From Alphaproteobacteria bacterium (GTDB lineage Bacteria > Pseudomonadota > Alphaproteobacteria > Rs-D84): DNA of 64,000 nucleotides. Below the pieces are notes generated by a model. It ran no database searches. It had not been told where the DNA came from and saw only the letters and a list, made by a program, of their open reading frames with translations. Location of the stretch: assembly GCA_017409215.1 (NCBI GenBank), contig JAFQTD010000029.1, forward strand, positions 64,106 through 128,105. The letters are read 5' to 3'. The position numbers were made by a program, and so were the translations under genes. Positions 16,886 to 26,708 of this stretch are shown one piece after another. Every line of letters starts with the position of its first letter. Position 1 is the stretch's first letter.

Positions 16886-18070
16886 ATGGCAAAAGATAAA
16901 TATATTTCTGTTGGAAAAAGAGTTAGTGGTTTTTCGTTCGCAAATCTGGGACTGTTTACAGGGTTCGCAGATGGTATTTATAATGCGGTTTATTCGCTGG
17001 TGTTGTTGGAAATATTTCGGTCGTCTGCAACCGTTGGTGTGTATGTCGCGATATATTCAGTGTTTTGCTTTTTAGTCGGTTTGTTCGCAAATGAAATTTT
17101 TAGACAGTTTTCAAAAGTACGCGTTTTTTACTTTGTAATGCTGATGATTGCAATTTGCTATGCAATGATGAGTTTTTCAATTCTGCCACGAACCTTTATT
17201 ATCTTGGATTATACAACAGGGTTTGCAATAACGTTAATTGCAATGCTGATTCCGTTGTTTATGTCTGATTTCTCGAAAAATATTGGTATGGCGCGCCTTA
17301 ATTCCAGATATCATTTGTGGATGAATGTTGGGGCATTGCTGGCGCCAACTGTTGCGGTGATGATTGCAAATAATTTTGATAACAGGGCCGCATTTATGGC
17401 ATCTGCATTGATTTATTTTGCAGGTTGGGGAATGTTTAAGTACTTTAAAATCGTCCAGCAAGATAAAAAAATAAAGCCAGTTAGTCCGCGCAGGACATTC
17501 AAGGCGTTGTGGAAAAATACGATTTCGTTCTTTCAATTGCCGGGGATGTTGCGGGCGTATTTAGTGAATTTTGGATACTATTCTTTGCGGGCAATGCGCG
17601 TGTTGTATGTGCCGATTGTGGTTGTGGAAAATGGGTTTAGCAAGGATGTGCTGGGATGGGTGTTGACTTTGGGGATTATTCCGTATCTGTTGCTGAGTGA
17701 TGCAATGGCGAAAATGGTGCGCAGATTTGGCAAGACAATATGGTTGGTCTTGGGGTTTGGGTCTTTCGCAGGTTTGTCTGTGCTGGCAACATTTTTGACG
17801 GGTGTGCCGTTGTTAAGCATCTTTGTTTTGTGGCAGGTTTCAGGCGCATTGATGGAATCTGTGCATGATTTGTTGTTCTTTGATAATACAAAAAAATCCC
17901 AACAGACAAAATATTATGGTGTGTTCAGAACAAGTGCAAATCTGCCGAATGTTGTTGCGCCAATACTGGGGGCTGCGGTTATCGCAATTTGGGGAAGTAC
18001 GGCCGCAGTATGGGGGGTGACAGCGGGTATCGGTTTGATGAGTATTTTGGTGCTGATAAAAAGAAAGTGA
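16886..18070 (+). CDS. MFS-type transporter
   Basis: About 12 hydrophobic segments in a protein of roughly 395 aa. ATG at 16886; the TTG at 16877 in the ORF track is less likely. Confidence 0.65.
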   Translation: MAKDKYISVGKRVSGFSFANLGLFTGFADGIYNAVYSLVLLEIFRSSATVGVYVAIYSVFCFLVGLFANEIFRQFSKVRVFYFVMLMIAICYAMMSFSILPRTFIILDYTTGFAITLIAMLIPLFMSDFSKNIGMARLNSRYHLWMNVGALLAPTVAVMIANNFDNRAAFMASALIYFAGWGMFKYFKIVQQDKKIKPVSPRRTFKALWKNTISFFQLPGMLRAYLVNFGYYSLRAMRVLYVPIVVVENGFSKDVLGWVLTLGIIPYLLLSDAMAKMVRRFGKTIWLVLGFGSFAGLSVLATFLTGVPLLSIFVLWQVSGALMESVHDLLFFDNTKKSQQTKYYGVFRTSANLPNVVAPILGAAVIAIWGSTAAVWGVTAGIGLMSILVLIKRK

Positions 18071-18129
18071 TGCTTGCTTTTTCGTGATGTTCTTAGTATG
18101 ATTTTTATCGGAAAATAAAGGGGATTATT

Positions 18130-19212
18130 ATGGCAAAAAAAGAAGTTGCAAAAGATGCAGGGGCGGGGGTGAAAAATCCTGCACTGGAATCTGCATTGGC
18201 ACAAATTCAAAAACAATTCGGTAAAGAAGCAATTATGAAAATGGGCGATGGTTCGCAACAAAATATCGAGGCGATTTCATCAGGGTCGTTGGGTCTGGAT
18301 ATCGCGTTGGGGATTGGTGGATATCCCAAGGGACGTATCGTTGAAATTTATGGACCTGAAAGTTCGGGTAAAACAACATTGGCATTACATGCAGTTGCAG
18401 AATCACAAAAGAAAGGCGGAACGTGTGCGTATATCGATGCAGAAAATGCGCTGGACCCAAGTTATGCAAAAAAATTAGGGGTTGATGTTTCTAACTTGAT
18501 TATATCACAACCAGATTCAGGTGAACAGGCATTGGAAATTGCAGATACTTTGATTAAGTCTGGGGCGGTTGATGTTGTTGTTATCGATAGTGTCGCGGCA
18601 TTGGTGCCCAAGGCGGAATTAGAAGGTAATATCGGGGATTCCTTTGTTGGGACAACTGCAAGGCTGATGAGTCAGAGTTTGAAAAAATTAGCAGGTTCGG
18701 TTTCACGCAGTAATACGTTGCTTATCTTTATTAATCAGATTCGTATGAAGATTGGGGTTATGTTTGGTAATCCTGAAACAACATCTGGGGGGAATGCCTT
18801 AAAGTTCTATGCGTCTGTACGCCTTGATATCCGCCGTACAGGACAAATTAAAGATAAAGAAAATATTGTTGGAAATGAAACACGTGTCAAGGTTGTGAAA
18901 AATAAAGTCGCACCACCATTCCGTACAGTTGACTTTAAGATTATGTATGGCGAAGGTATTTCAAGAATCAGTGAAATACTGGATATGGGTGTGAAGTATG
19001 ACTTTATCGAAAAAGCAGGCAGTTTCTATTCTTATAACAGTGAACGTATGGGACAGGGTGAGGCAAATGCCCGCGCATGGTTGAAAGACCATCCAGAAGT
19101 ACAGCAGGAATTGCTGGATAAAATTATGGCGCGCGCGTCTGGTATCGCAGAAGAAATGACGACAGGTCCAATCGATGATGATGCAGATGATGTTATGCCA
19201 ATAGAAGAATAA
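18130..19212 (+). CDS. recA: recombinase RecA
   Basis: [12 protein letters not shown] Walker [11 protein letters not shown] and [37 protein letters not shown]. Confidence 0.95.
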   Translation: MAKKEVAKDAGAGVKNPALESALAQIQKQFGKEAIMKMGDGSQQNIEAISSGSLGLDIALGIGGYPKGRIVEIYGPESSGKTTLALHAVAESQKKGGTCAYIDAENALDPSYAKKLGVDVSNLIISQPDSGEQALEIADTLIKSGAVDVVVIDSVAALVPKAELEGNIGDSFVGTTARLMSQSLKKLAGSVSRSNTLLIFINQIRMKIGVMFGNPETTSGGNALKFYASVRLDIRRTGQIKDKENIVGNETRVKVVKNKVAPPFRTVDFKIMYGEGISRISEILDMGVKYDFIEKAGSFYSYNSERMGQGEANARAWLKDHPEVQQELLDKIMARASGIAEEMTTGPIDDDADDVMPIEE

Positions 19213-19220
19213 TAAAAGTG

Positions 19221-19245
19221 TCCCCCAGTTTGGCTGGGGGATTTT
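19221..19245 (+). terminator. Rho-independent terminator of recA
   Basis: TCCCCCAG-TTTGG-CTGGGGGA followed by TTTT. Confidence 0.75.
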
Positions 19246-19253
19246 GTAGTTAG

Positions 19254-20171
19254 ATGATAAAAAAGGTGTGTGAAATGAATATTGAACGTATGCTGGCAGT
19301 GACTGATATCGTTGTGCGTGCACATATATTAAATTGGTTTTGGCGCCCGCGTGTGAAAAGACGTGTGGTCAGAAGTAATGTTATATCACAAGTTATTCCA
19401 AAATATTTTAAGCGTTATTTGCCGGCAATAAATAATGTGCCAGAGGTGGAAGTGGAGAATAACGATGAAAATGACAAGATTTTTACACTGTGGTTGCAGG
19501 GTGAAGATAATGCGCCACCATTGGTTAAGGCGTGCTATCGCAGTGTGCGCAGACATTGCAAGCAGGAACTGATTGTTCTGGATGAAAAAACTGTTTTTGA
19601 TTATATAACCTTGCCAGACGTGATTATGCAAAAACGTAAAGAAGGAAAAATATCACACGCGCATTTCGCAGATATTTGTCGTGTGGAATTGCTGTACAAT
19701 CATGGTGGGTATTGGCTGGATTCAACGGGGTTTGTGACCGCGCCAATCCCAGATTGGATTGAAAAAGAAGATTTCTTTGTTTATATGGCGGGACAAAATG
19801 TCGGCAGTCCATATAGTTATATGCAAAATTGCTTTATTCGTGCGCGCAAGGGGGCATTCCTGTTGGCGGCATGGCGGGCAATGATGTTAGAATATTGGAA
19901 AAATGAAAATGGGCCATTTGATTACTTTATGCATCAGTTGTTGTTCAAGACAATGGTTATGAATGATGAACGCGTGAAAAAATATTTCGAAAAAATGCCA
20001 CACGTTGATCAAGACCCTACGCATGCGTTGTGGTGGGATTACCATGACAAGCCGTTTGATAAGAAAACCTTTGACAAGGTGACAAGTGGGGCTTTCTTTC
20101 AAAAGACAACTTATCATCAGGCGAAAAATCCAAAGCCAGGAACCGTTGCAGCGGAAATGTTGAAAATGTAA
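19254..20171 (+). CDS. capsular-polysaccharide-synthesis-family glycosyltransferase (Caps_synth / OCH1-like)
   Basis: The blocks IFTLWLQGEDNAPPLVKACYRSV and HFADICRVELLYNHGGYWLDST resemble the Caps_synth family pattern. The start is uncertain (ATG 19254 or 19275). Confidence 0.55.
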   Translation: MIKKVCEMNIERMLAVTDIVVRAHILNWFWRPRVKRRVVRSNVISQVIPKYFKRYLPAINNVPEVEVENNDENDKIFTLWLQGEDNAPPLVKACYRSVRRHCKQELIVLDEKTVFDYITLPDVIMQKRKEGKISHAHFADICRVELLYNHGGYWLDSTGFVTAPIPDWIEKEDFFVYMAGQNVGSPYSYMQNCFIRARKGAFLLAAWRAMMLEYWKNENGPFDYFMHQLLFKTMVMNDERVKKYFEKMPHVDQDPTHALWWDYHDKPFDKKTFDKVTSGAFFQKTTYHQAKNPKPGTVAAEMLKM

Positions 20172-20189
20172 TTTCAAAAGGTGAATATA

Positions 20190-20963
20190 ATGCCAAAAAT
20201 TTCAGTCGTTATTCCTGTGTACAAGGTGGAAAAATATTTGCCAAGATGCTTGGATTCGTTGATTGCACAAAGTTTTCAGGATTGGCAGGCAATTTGCATC
20301 GATGATGGCAGTCCGGATTCGTGCCCAAAAATATTGGATGAATATGCCGCAAAAGATGAACGTATCAAGGTGATACATAAAAAAAATGCAGGGGTGTCGG
20401 CCGCGCGTAATGACGGTATGAAAATTGCAAATGGTGATTATATTCACTTTCTGGATGCGGATGATTGGATTGATGTGGATTTCTATGCGCATGCAATTAC
20501 AGTCGCAACAGATTCAGATGCAGATATGGTCGTAGCAGGATTTGTTAGTGATAATAAGTATACTAAGCCAATTGTTTATAAATCTGTCAAATTGTTGAAA
20601 ACAATTAAGCAAAAGTTGATGGGGACATATGCGCTTACCGATTCGTATGTTTGGCGGTATTTGATAAAAACTGATTTCTTGAAGCAAAATGATTTGCAAT
20701 TCGATACGTCGTTGATTGCACAAGAAGATACTTTGTTCGTCTTGAGTGCGATTGAGGTGGCAAATGCAATCGCAGTGGTTCCATGGGTTAATTATCATTA
20801 TATGTTTAATGAAAATTCTGCACTAAATTCAAGGGATGCCACCCATCATGCAAAGGTTAAGCAACAATACAAAATTGGAAAAAAATATCGTGCGGATTTT
20901 GCAAAAAAACATAAATTGTCTTGGTTGTGGAAATTAAGAAAACTTATAAATATGTTCAGATAA
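20190..20963 (+). CDS. family 2 glycosyltransferase
   Basis: ISVVIPVYKVEKYLPRCLDSL...IDDGSPD...ARNDG...LDADD is the classic GT2 N-terminal domain. Confidence 0.8.
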   Translation: MPKISVVIPVYKVEKYLPRCLDSLIAQSFQDWQAICIDDGSPDSCPKILDEYAAKDERIKVIHKKNAGVSAARNDGMKIANGDYIHFLDADDWIDVDFYAHAITVATDSDADMVVAGFVSDNKYTKPIVYKSVKLLKTIKQKLMGTYALTDSYVWRYLIKTDFLKQNDLQFDTSLIAQEDTLFVLSAIEVANAIAVVPWVNYHYMFNENSALNSRDATHHAKVKQQYKIGKKYRADFAKKHKLSWLWKLRKLINMFR

Positions 20964-20978
20964 AAATAGGAGGCTGCT

Positions 20979-22004
20979 GTGCCAAAGATATCAGTGATTG
21001 TTCCTGTATATAATGTGGAAAAATATTTGCGCAGGTGTCTGGAAAGTATAAAAAACCAGACCTTTATGGATTGGGAGGCAATATGTGTGAATGATGGCAG
21101 TCCAGATGATAGTGCGCAAATACTGAATGCGTTTGAAAAATTAGATGCACGATTTAAGGTTGTTAATAAAGAAAATGGTGGTCTGTCAGATGCGCGTAAT
21201 GTTGGTATGCAGTATGCAACGGGGGACTATGTTTTATTTGTGGACAGTGATGACTTTATTCACCCACAAACAATGGAAATTGCGTATGCGATGGCACAGC
21301 GCGATGGTTCTGATATCGTTTCGTTTACGTATGACAGAATTTATCGACCACAACTGATGGTGCGACACAAATTGGGATTAGATACAGATAATGTCGTGCC
21401 AGCGCGTTTTTATACAAAATATAATTTGAAAAAATTAAAGACTAAAAAGGTAGATGATATATTTCAAGTTGCAACAGAACGTACGCATAACAAATTTAAT
21501 CCAGAACGCAAATGGTTGATTAAACATTGTCAGGTTTGGAAAAATTTATATAAACGTGAATTGATACAAGACGTTCCGTTTATAAAAGGGATTTTGTTCG
21601 AAGATTTTCCATGGTGGAGTCGGGTTATGTTGCAAAATCCAAGTGCAACTGTTGTGCCGTTACCGCTGTATTTCTATATACCAAATTTTGGTGGAATTGT
21701 ATTAAGCGCAAAGCAATTAAAAATTATGCAAAGTCTGTGTACGGGGATTCTGGATGCGTATGCAGCGTATAAGGAAAGCGCAACAGAATATCAATTCAAA
21801 AAGTGGAATGAAAATTTCTTGTGGTATTTTGTCGCAAAGGTGTTTAAGAAAATAAAATATTTGAATTCTGATGATGAATTAGAAATTGCACGTAATTGTT
21901 TGCGGGATTTAGAACGGGTAGGGGTGCTGGATAAACCGCCGTTCAGATGGGCAAAAAAACTGCGCAGACAGATATGTGACTTTATCGGAACGTGTAAAAT
22001 ATAG
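20979..22004 (+). CDS. family 2 glycosyltransferase
   Basis: ISVIVPVYNVEKYLRRCLESI...NDGSPDDS...ARNVG...VDSDD. The GTG start lies 6 nt after AGGAGG. Confidence 0.8.
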   Translation: MPKISVIVPVYNVEKYLRRCLESIKNQTFMDWEAICVNDGSPDDSAQILNAFEKLDARFKVVNKENGGLSDARNVGMQYATGDYVLFVDSDDFIHPQTMEIAYAMAQRDGSDIVSFTYDRIYRPQLMVRHKLGLDTDNVVPARFYTKYNLKKLKTKKVDDIFQVATERTHNKFNPERKWLIKHCQVWKNLYKRELIQDVPFIKGILFEDFPWWSRVMLQNPSATVVPLPLYFYIPNFGGIVLSAKQLKIMQSLCTGILDAYAAYKESATEYQFKKWNENFLWYFVAKVFKKIKYLNSDDELEIARNCLRDLERVGVLDKPPFRWAKKLRRQICDFIGTCKI

Positions 22005-22012
22005 GGTGTCGT

Positions 22013-22951
22013 ATGATGGAAATACCGTATGATTATTGTGATATTGAAAATTTTGGTGACCAATTAAATGTATATATTTTTAAGCACTTTACAGGGTTGG
22101 ATGTTGTAAAAGATAATCATAAATTTGCAGAGGTGATTGGAATCGGGTCTATTATGGATGGATTGTTGTTGCATGATAAGGGGACATCTGTTTCAAGTGC
22201 ACCATTGAATGTTTTTAGCAGTGGTTTCGGTTTTGATACCAATGGGCAGTTGTGTCGAAATTTACGGGTATTTGCACTAAGGGGTAAATTGACACAGAAA
22301 AAATTAAAAGAATTTAATAATGTTGAATATTTTTACAAGGATATACCACTGGGTGATGGTGGACTGTTGGCATCGTATTTGATACAGGAAGATGTGGAAA
22401 AAGTATATGATTTAGGTATCGTGCCGCATTTTGCAGACAAGGATGAAGAAATCTTTCAGACGATTAAAAATAATTTTGGAAATCGGGCAATTATATTGGA
22501 CCCAACGGAAAATCCAATGGTATTCTTGAAGAATCTGATGAAGTGCAGGGCGGTGATTTCAACGGCAATGCATCCGTTGATTGCGTGTGATTCTTTGCGT
22601 ATACCGAATATGTGGGTCAGAATATCAGAAATAACTACGTCAAGGTTCAAGTTCCAAGACTATTATTCGGCGTTTGATATGGAAAAACAGCCGTTTGATT
22701 TATCAAATGGATTTTCTGTTGATGATTTAGATTTGGTTTATCGAAACTATGATATTACTGATGCACAGGTAAGGGCAATTCAAGAAAAGTTAATTGTGGC
22801 ACTGGCTGATATAAAAGAAGTGTTGGTCAATGATATAGAAAATATAAAAATACGTCACAAGAAACACATGCGGACAATGCGTCTTGTGAAGTTTGTTTGT
22901 AATTTTATACCGTTCAAGCGTGTAAGAAAAATACTTAGAAATAAATATTAA
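22013..22951 (+). CDS. polysaccharide pyruvyl transferase-like protein
   Basis: N-terminal NFGDQLN and C-terminal AVISTAMHPLIACDSLRIPN blocks resemble the pyruvyl transferase (CsaB/WcaK) family. Confidence 0.5.
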   Translation: MMEIPYDYCDIENFGDQLNVYIFKHFTGLDVVKDNHKFAEVIGIGSIMDGLLLHDKGTSVSSAPLNVFSSGFGFDTNGQLCRNLRVFALRGKLTQKKLKEFNNVEYFYKDIPLGDGGLLASYLIQEDVEKVYDLGIVPHFADKDEEIFQTIKNNFGNRAIILDPTENPMVFLKNLMKCRAVISTAMHPLIACDSLRIPNMWVRISEITTSRFKFQDYYSAFDMEKQPFDLSNGFSVDDLDLVYRNYDITDAQVRAIQEKLIVALADIKEVLVNDIENIKIRHKKHMRTMRLVKFVCNFIPFKRVRKILRNKY

Positions 22952-23877
22952 TTTTTAAATATTTCTTTGATTGTCCATACGGGTATTTTATAGAAATATA
23001 ATATAAATAATCTGACTGGGTCAGATTTATGACCGCTGTGTTTTTTGAAAAATACATTTCGTTTTATACGGGCCAATTTGCCGTACCAAGGGTTTTTGTA
23101 TATAAAGCTATTTAACCAACCAGATTGCATACAAATGCAATTATAACCCATTGATATTATGTCTGAAACACGTACACCACGATGTCTGTCCAGAACATAA
23201 TCTTCTTGGTAAAAATATGTGCGAACCTTTGGCATTGCGGGAATTATTTTTTGTAAATCGTATTTTATTAGGTATTCGCCATACCAGTTGAATTCATAGG
23301 GGCATATTTCTATTAGGTCTGGAAATGTCAGGTTCTTGGCCGTTAATAGATTCTTGTCCATGTCGTTTAAAATTTCGGCAGAAAATGTTTGAGACATATG
23401 AACAAAATCATAGGTGGGGCCAGTGCGATTAAAAAAGTCTTTTATTTTATGGTAGATTGAATTAGGGTCAATCGTACAGGACATAAACGTGTATGGAATG
23501 TCAGGGGTATACATAAAGTCACTGGTGTAAAAGTTAGATATAAAATAACAATCTGAATCATAGATTGTATAAAATCTAGATAGATTAAGTTTATAAAACC
23601 CAAGTTTAATAACTTGCTGGGTTTTCCATGTTTGTATGCTGTCGGTGGAAAGATTGTTTGCAGATAATACTTCTTCATCGGTGACAATCAGAAAATCATA
23701 ATTTTCTTGATGGGTCTGTAATTCTTGATAGAACAGTTCTTTGTCTGAATCAGGGCAGCATATAACAAATGGGATTTTATCAGCGTTGAATTTATCAATG
23801 CTGGATTTTAAGTTCTTTATGCGCTTTAAATCGCCACGATATGATTTGCAAAATATTACATGATTATATTTATACAT
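22948..23877 (-). CDS. hypothetical protein in the glycosyltransferase cluster
   Basis: AT-rich ORF. The likely ATG at 23877 gives an 8-nt overlap (ATGTATAA) with the upstream gene, which suggests translational coupling. No family recognised. Confidence 0.5.
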   Translation of the reverse strand: MYKYNHVIFCKSYRGDLKRIKNLKSSIDKFNADKIPFVICCPDSDKELFYQELQTHQENYDFLIVTDEEVLSANNLSTDSIQTWKTQQVIKLGFYKLNLSRFYTIYDSDCYFISNFYTSDFMYTPDIPYTFMSCTIDPNSIYHKIKDFFNRTGPTYDFVHMSQTFSAEILNDMDKNLLTAKNLTFPDLIEICPYEFNWYGEYLIKYDLQKIIPAMPKVRTYFYQEDYVLDRHRGVRVSDIISMGYNCICMQSGWLNSFIYKNPWYGKLARIKRNVFFKKHSGHKSDPVRLFILYFYKIPVWTIKEIFKN

Positions 23878-24919
23878 CAAGAATTCTCCGTAGGTTTTCT
23901 GCTGATTCTGTTTCAATTTCTGATGCAGTGATATCAAGTTCTTTGATAAATTTTTTATATTGGTCAGAAGTGGTTTTTAGTGCGTTGCGCATACCGTCTG
24001 ATAGGTCGTTATAAAGAATTGCATTTTGATTGTTAAAACGATAAAATTTTGCAAATTTGCTGTGTATAACTGGAATTTTTCTGAAGCCATATATCAGTTG
24101 CGCTGAACCGGTGACCTTTATAGTTATGTATTTTTCATGCTCTTGGTTGTCTGGGTCTAATAATGGTAAAAAGAAGTGGGCGGATTCAACATATTTGTAC
24201 ATATCTGAATAACTAAGGTGGCCCAATAATTCAATGTGTGATTGCACTGAATGTGGTATGTTCTTTAAAGAACCGCTGCCGATAACAAGAACCTTGAATG
24301 CATGGCCTTCGTCGTGAAGTTGCTGAATCGCATTTAATAATAATTTGTGGTTTTTACGCTCTGGCGTTATGCCACCAACACAGACGAATGTAGCAGGGGC
24401 TTGCATTTCTGGAATTGTATAGTCGCCAAATAAGTGCGGATTTATATAAGTGCAATTGTCGTATTTGCCCAACATTATGTTGCGATTTGTGTCTGTGTCT
24501 GAATAAAATTCTGAAATGTATTGTGATTCATGATGGATGTAATATACAGATTTATGTTTTTGTAAATCTGGAAACATATCTGGGACATTGTTTTCGCCAC
24601 CCTTGTAATTTATAGACGACATAATAAATATGTGGTCGTATTTGCGCAGGTACTCAATTTTTAATAATTTGTGAAGTTGTTTCAGGGTCGCAGAATATAT
24701 TTTGCAGATATTGTTTAGTCTGCAAAATGGGTTTTCGTTTGCAAGACGACCGTTCACCAGACAATATACATTAATGTTTAGATTTTGAAAATATTTTATG
24801 TATGCGGCAATAACTTCGCCATGACAGCCATTTGTTTCAATCAGTAAAACATTGTTGGGTTTTGGGGTGTCGCGCATGAAGTTTGGCTTTGATAATATTT
24901 TCTTGAAAAATGAAAACAT
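23870..24919 (-). CDS. putative GT-B type (GT1/GT4-like) glycosyltransferase
   Basis: The C-terminal half FVCVGGITPERKNHKLLLNAIQQL..FKVLVIGSGS resembles the GT4 donor-binding domain. Confidence 0.45.
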   Translation of the reverse strand: MFSFFKKILSKPNFMRDTPKPNNVLLIETNGCHGEVIAAYIKYFQNLNINVYCLVNGRLANENPFCRLNNICKIYSATLKQLHKLLKIEYLRKYDHIFIMSSINYKGGENNVPDMFPDLQKHKSVYYIHHESQYISEFYSDTDTNRNIMLGKYDNCTYINPHLFGDYTIPEMQAPATFVCVGGITPERKNHKLLLNAIQQLHDEGHAFKVLVIGSGSLKNIPHSVQSHIELLGHLSYSDMYKYVESAHFFLPLLDPDNQEHEKYITIKVTGSAQLIYGFRKIPVIHSKFAKFYRFNNQNAILYNDLSDGMRNALKTTSDQYKKFIKELDITASEIETESAENLRRILDV

Positions 24920-24938
24920 ATTTAGTCCTTGGTAGTGG

Positions 24939-25772
24939 TTAAATATTTGTCTGTTTAAAGCGTTCGGGGATTTTTACAATGCGCTTTAACCCCAGCATAT
25001 TAGGCTTGTTAAGCGCATATGGGGCGCGTAAATATGTTTGGATAAAGCGTGCGATTTTTAGCCATTCTTCACCGTATGCAACGCGGTTTGATACATCGTT
25101 TATTGTGCCGTTGCCACGACGTTTCAGATGATTTACCCAATCAGGACCACGATTTGCAGCCTTGGAAATAAGCATATCCATATCAACTGCGCCAAAGTGA
25201 AATAAATACAGGTTTTTGTCAATGTGAAAATTGTGGCCCTTGATACGATGAAAGCCGCTGCCCCAGCGGACGGGACGGGTTATAACAACTGGCTTGGTAT
25301 ATCGTGTAGATAACAGGGCATACGCGCGCTGTGCCAAGAAAGGTTTGCTGGGGTCAAGTGGTTTTTCAAGTTTCAGGTGTTGACCAACATCCAGCCCCAG
25401 TCCAGATAGGGTGGTTTTGATTTTCTTGCCAGATAGATATTCGTATAAATTTTTGTTCAGTGCAGGGTCGACCGCCAAAAATTCATCACAATCACAACCA
25501 ATTACTATGTCGTATTTTTTTAGTAATTCATTGGCCTTGTCTGATATTAAATTGATGCGGTATTTATCGCCAGCTGCACGTGACATATCGGTGTGGGGCA
25601 GTTTTTCAATGTGCGCAGAACCTGCGTTTTCTGGGACAATCTGGTCTGTGCCATCAAGTAATATGTACAAATTTTCAGTACCAAATAATCCGCCATAGTA
25701 TTCAATCCAACGCGATAAGAAAAATTCGTCATTTCGTGCCATTGTTATCGCAGCAATGCGTTTCTTTGCCAT
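24939..25772 (-). CDS. GT2-like glycosyltransferase (Glyco_tranf_2_4-like)
   Basis: IAAITMARNDEFFLSRWIEYYG...LYILLDGTDQ and a DCDEF motif. Confidence 0.5.
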   Translation of the reverse strand: MAKKRIAAITMARNDEFFLSRWIEYYGGLFGTENLYILLDGTDQIVPENAGSAHIEKLPHTDMSRAAGDKYRINLISDKANELLKKYDIVIGCDCDEFLAVDPALNKNLYEYLSGKKIKTTLSGLGLDVGQHLKLEKPLDPSKPFLAQRAYALLSTRYTKPVVITRPVRWGSGFHRIKGHNFHIDKNLYLFHFGAVDMDMLISKAANRGPDWVNHLKRRGNGTINDVSNRVAYGEEWLKIARFIQTYLRAPYALNKPNMLGLKRIVKIPERFKQTNI

Positions 25773-25775
25773 GTT

Positions 25776-26624
25776 TTAGATTCCTTTGGTTCTTAGTTTA
25801 TGGATTGTATAGGTTATGTTGCGCCATATTATTTTGAATGGGTTTGTGGTCAACATTTTGTTGATGTAATCTGTGCCGTATGTGCGACGTGCGCTGGATA
25901 AAATGTCGTATCTTAGGTTGGGTTCGGTGTGATTCAGAATATATAATAGCTGACGACCAAGTGCACCATAGTGGCGTGTGAAACAGACCTTTTTGATAAA
26001 AGGCATTTTTTGTTTGAATAATCGCTTTGGTGCATTATATATGCTGCGTCCAGGGGCAGAATACAGGCAGTCCCATGATAGGTTGTGTTCGTTTAGTTTT
26101 TTGGTAAAACCATGCTCGTATAATACAGTTATTAAGCCCTTGGATTCGTGGTGTTGGACAGATTGTAAATGTTCGCGGAACCAATCTGATAAAAATACAG
26201 TTTTGCGCATACCAATAAACCATGATTGAATGTGCGCAGATTTGCGGTGCGGGTTCTTGACCATACCAAATGCATCGGTTTGCAATGATTCCATTCGGTC
26301 AAGATATGTTGATAGTTTATATAATGGACCATACATAGAATCATTTACTAAATATACAAAATCATAATCTGATAGTGTCAATTTTTTTGCTGCCCAATTA
26401 AAAGCACGCTTGTAAGAACCAAAATCGTATTCGTTGTGTCGTGTGCCGGATGTGTATACGCAGTGTTTCTGCAGTTTTTTTAATTCTGTATCGGTACAAT
26501 CGGAATCCATTACAAATACAATGTCGCCAAGCAATGAAAGTGATTCAATGTAATAAATCAGTGCGTCATCAATAATGCCGTTGCGGTCGTATGCTGCAAA
26601 TAAAAATAAACGTTTAGGTTTCAT
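25776..26624 (-). CDS. rhamnan synthesis protein F (RgpF)-like glycosyltransferase
   Basis: LFLFAAYDRNGIIDDALIYYIESL...VFVMDSD resembles the RgpF family N-terminus. Confidence 0.55.
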   Translation of the reverse strand: MKPKRLFLFAAYDRNGIIDDALIYYIESLSLLGDIVFVMDSDCTDTELKKLQKHCVYTSGTRHNEYDFGSYKRAFNWAAKKLTLSDYDFVYLVNDSMYGPLYKLSTYLDRMESLQTDAFGMVKNPHRKSAHIQSWFIGMRKTVFLSDWFREHLQSVQHHESKGLITVLYEHGFTKKLNEHNLSWDCLYSAPGRSIYNAPKRLFKQKMPFIKKVCFTRHYGALGRQLLYILNHTEPNLRYDILSSARRTYGTDYINKMLTTNPFKIIWRNITYTIHKLRTKGI

Positions 26625-26674
26625 ATCTTATAATTTACATCATTTTTGTGTTATTTGCAACAAAGCCTTTATAA

Positions 26675-26708
26675 CATAAAATAACACCCCGATGTGGGGT
26701 GTCGTTTT
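26675..26708 (-). terminator. Rho-independent terminator of typA
   Basis: Stem ACACCCC/GGGGTGT (26684-26690 / 26696-26702) followed on the minus strand by TATTTTAT. Confidence 0.65.
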
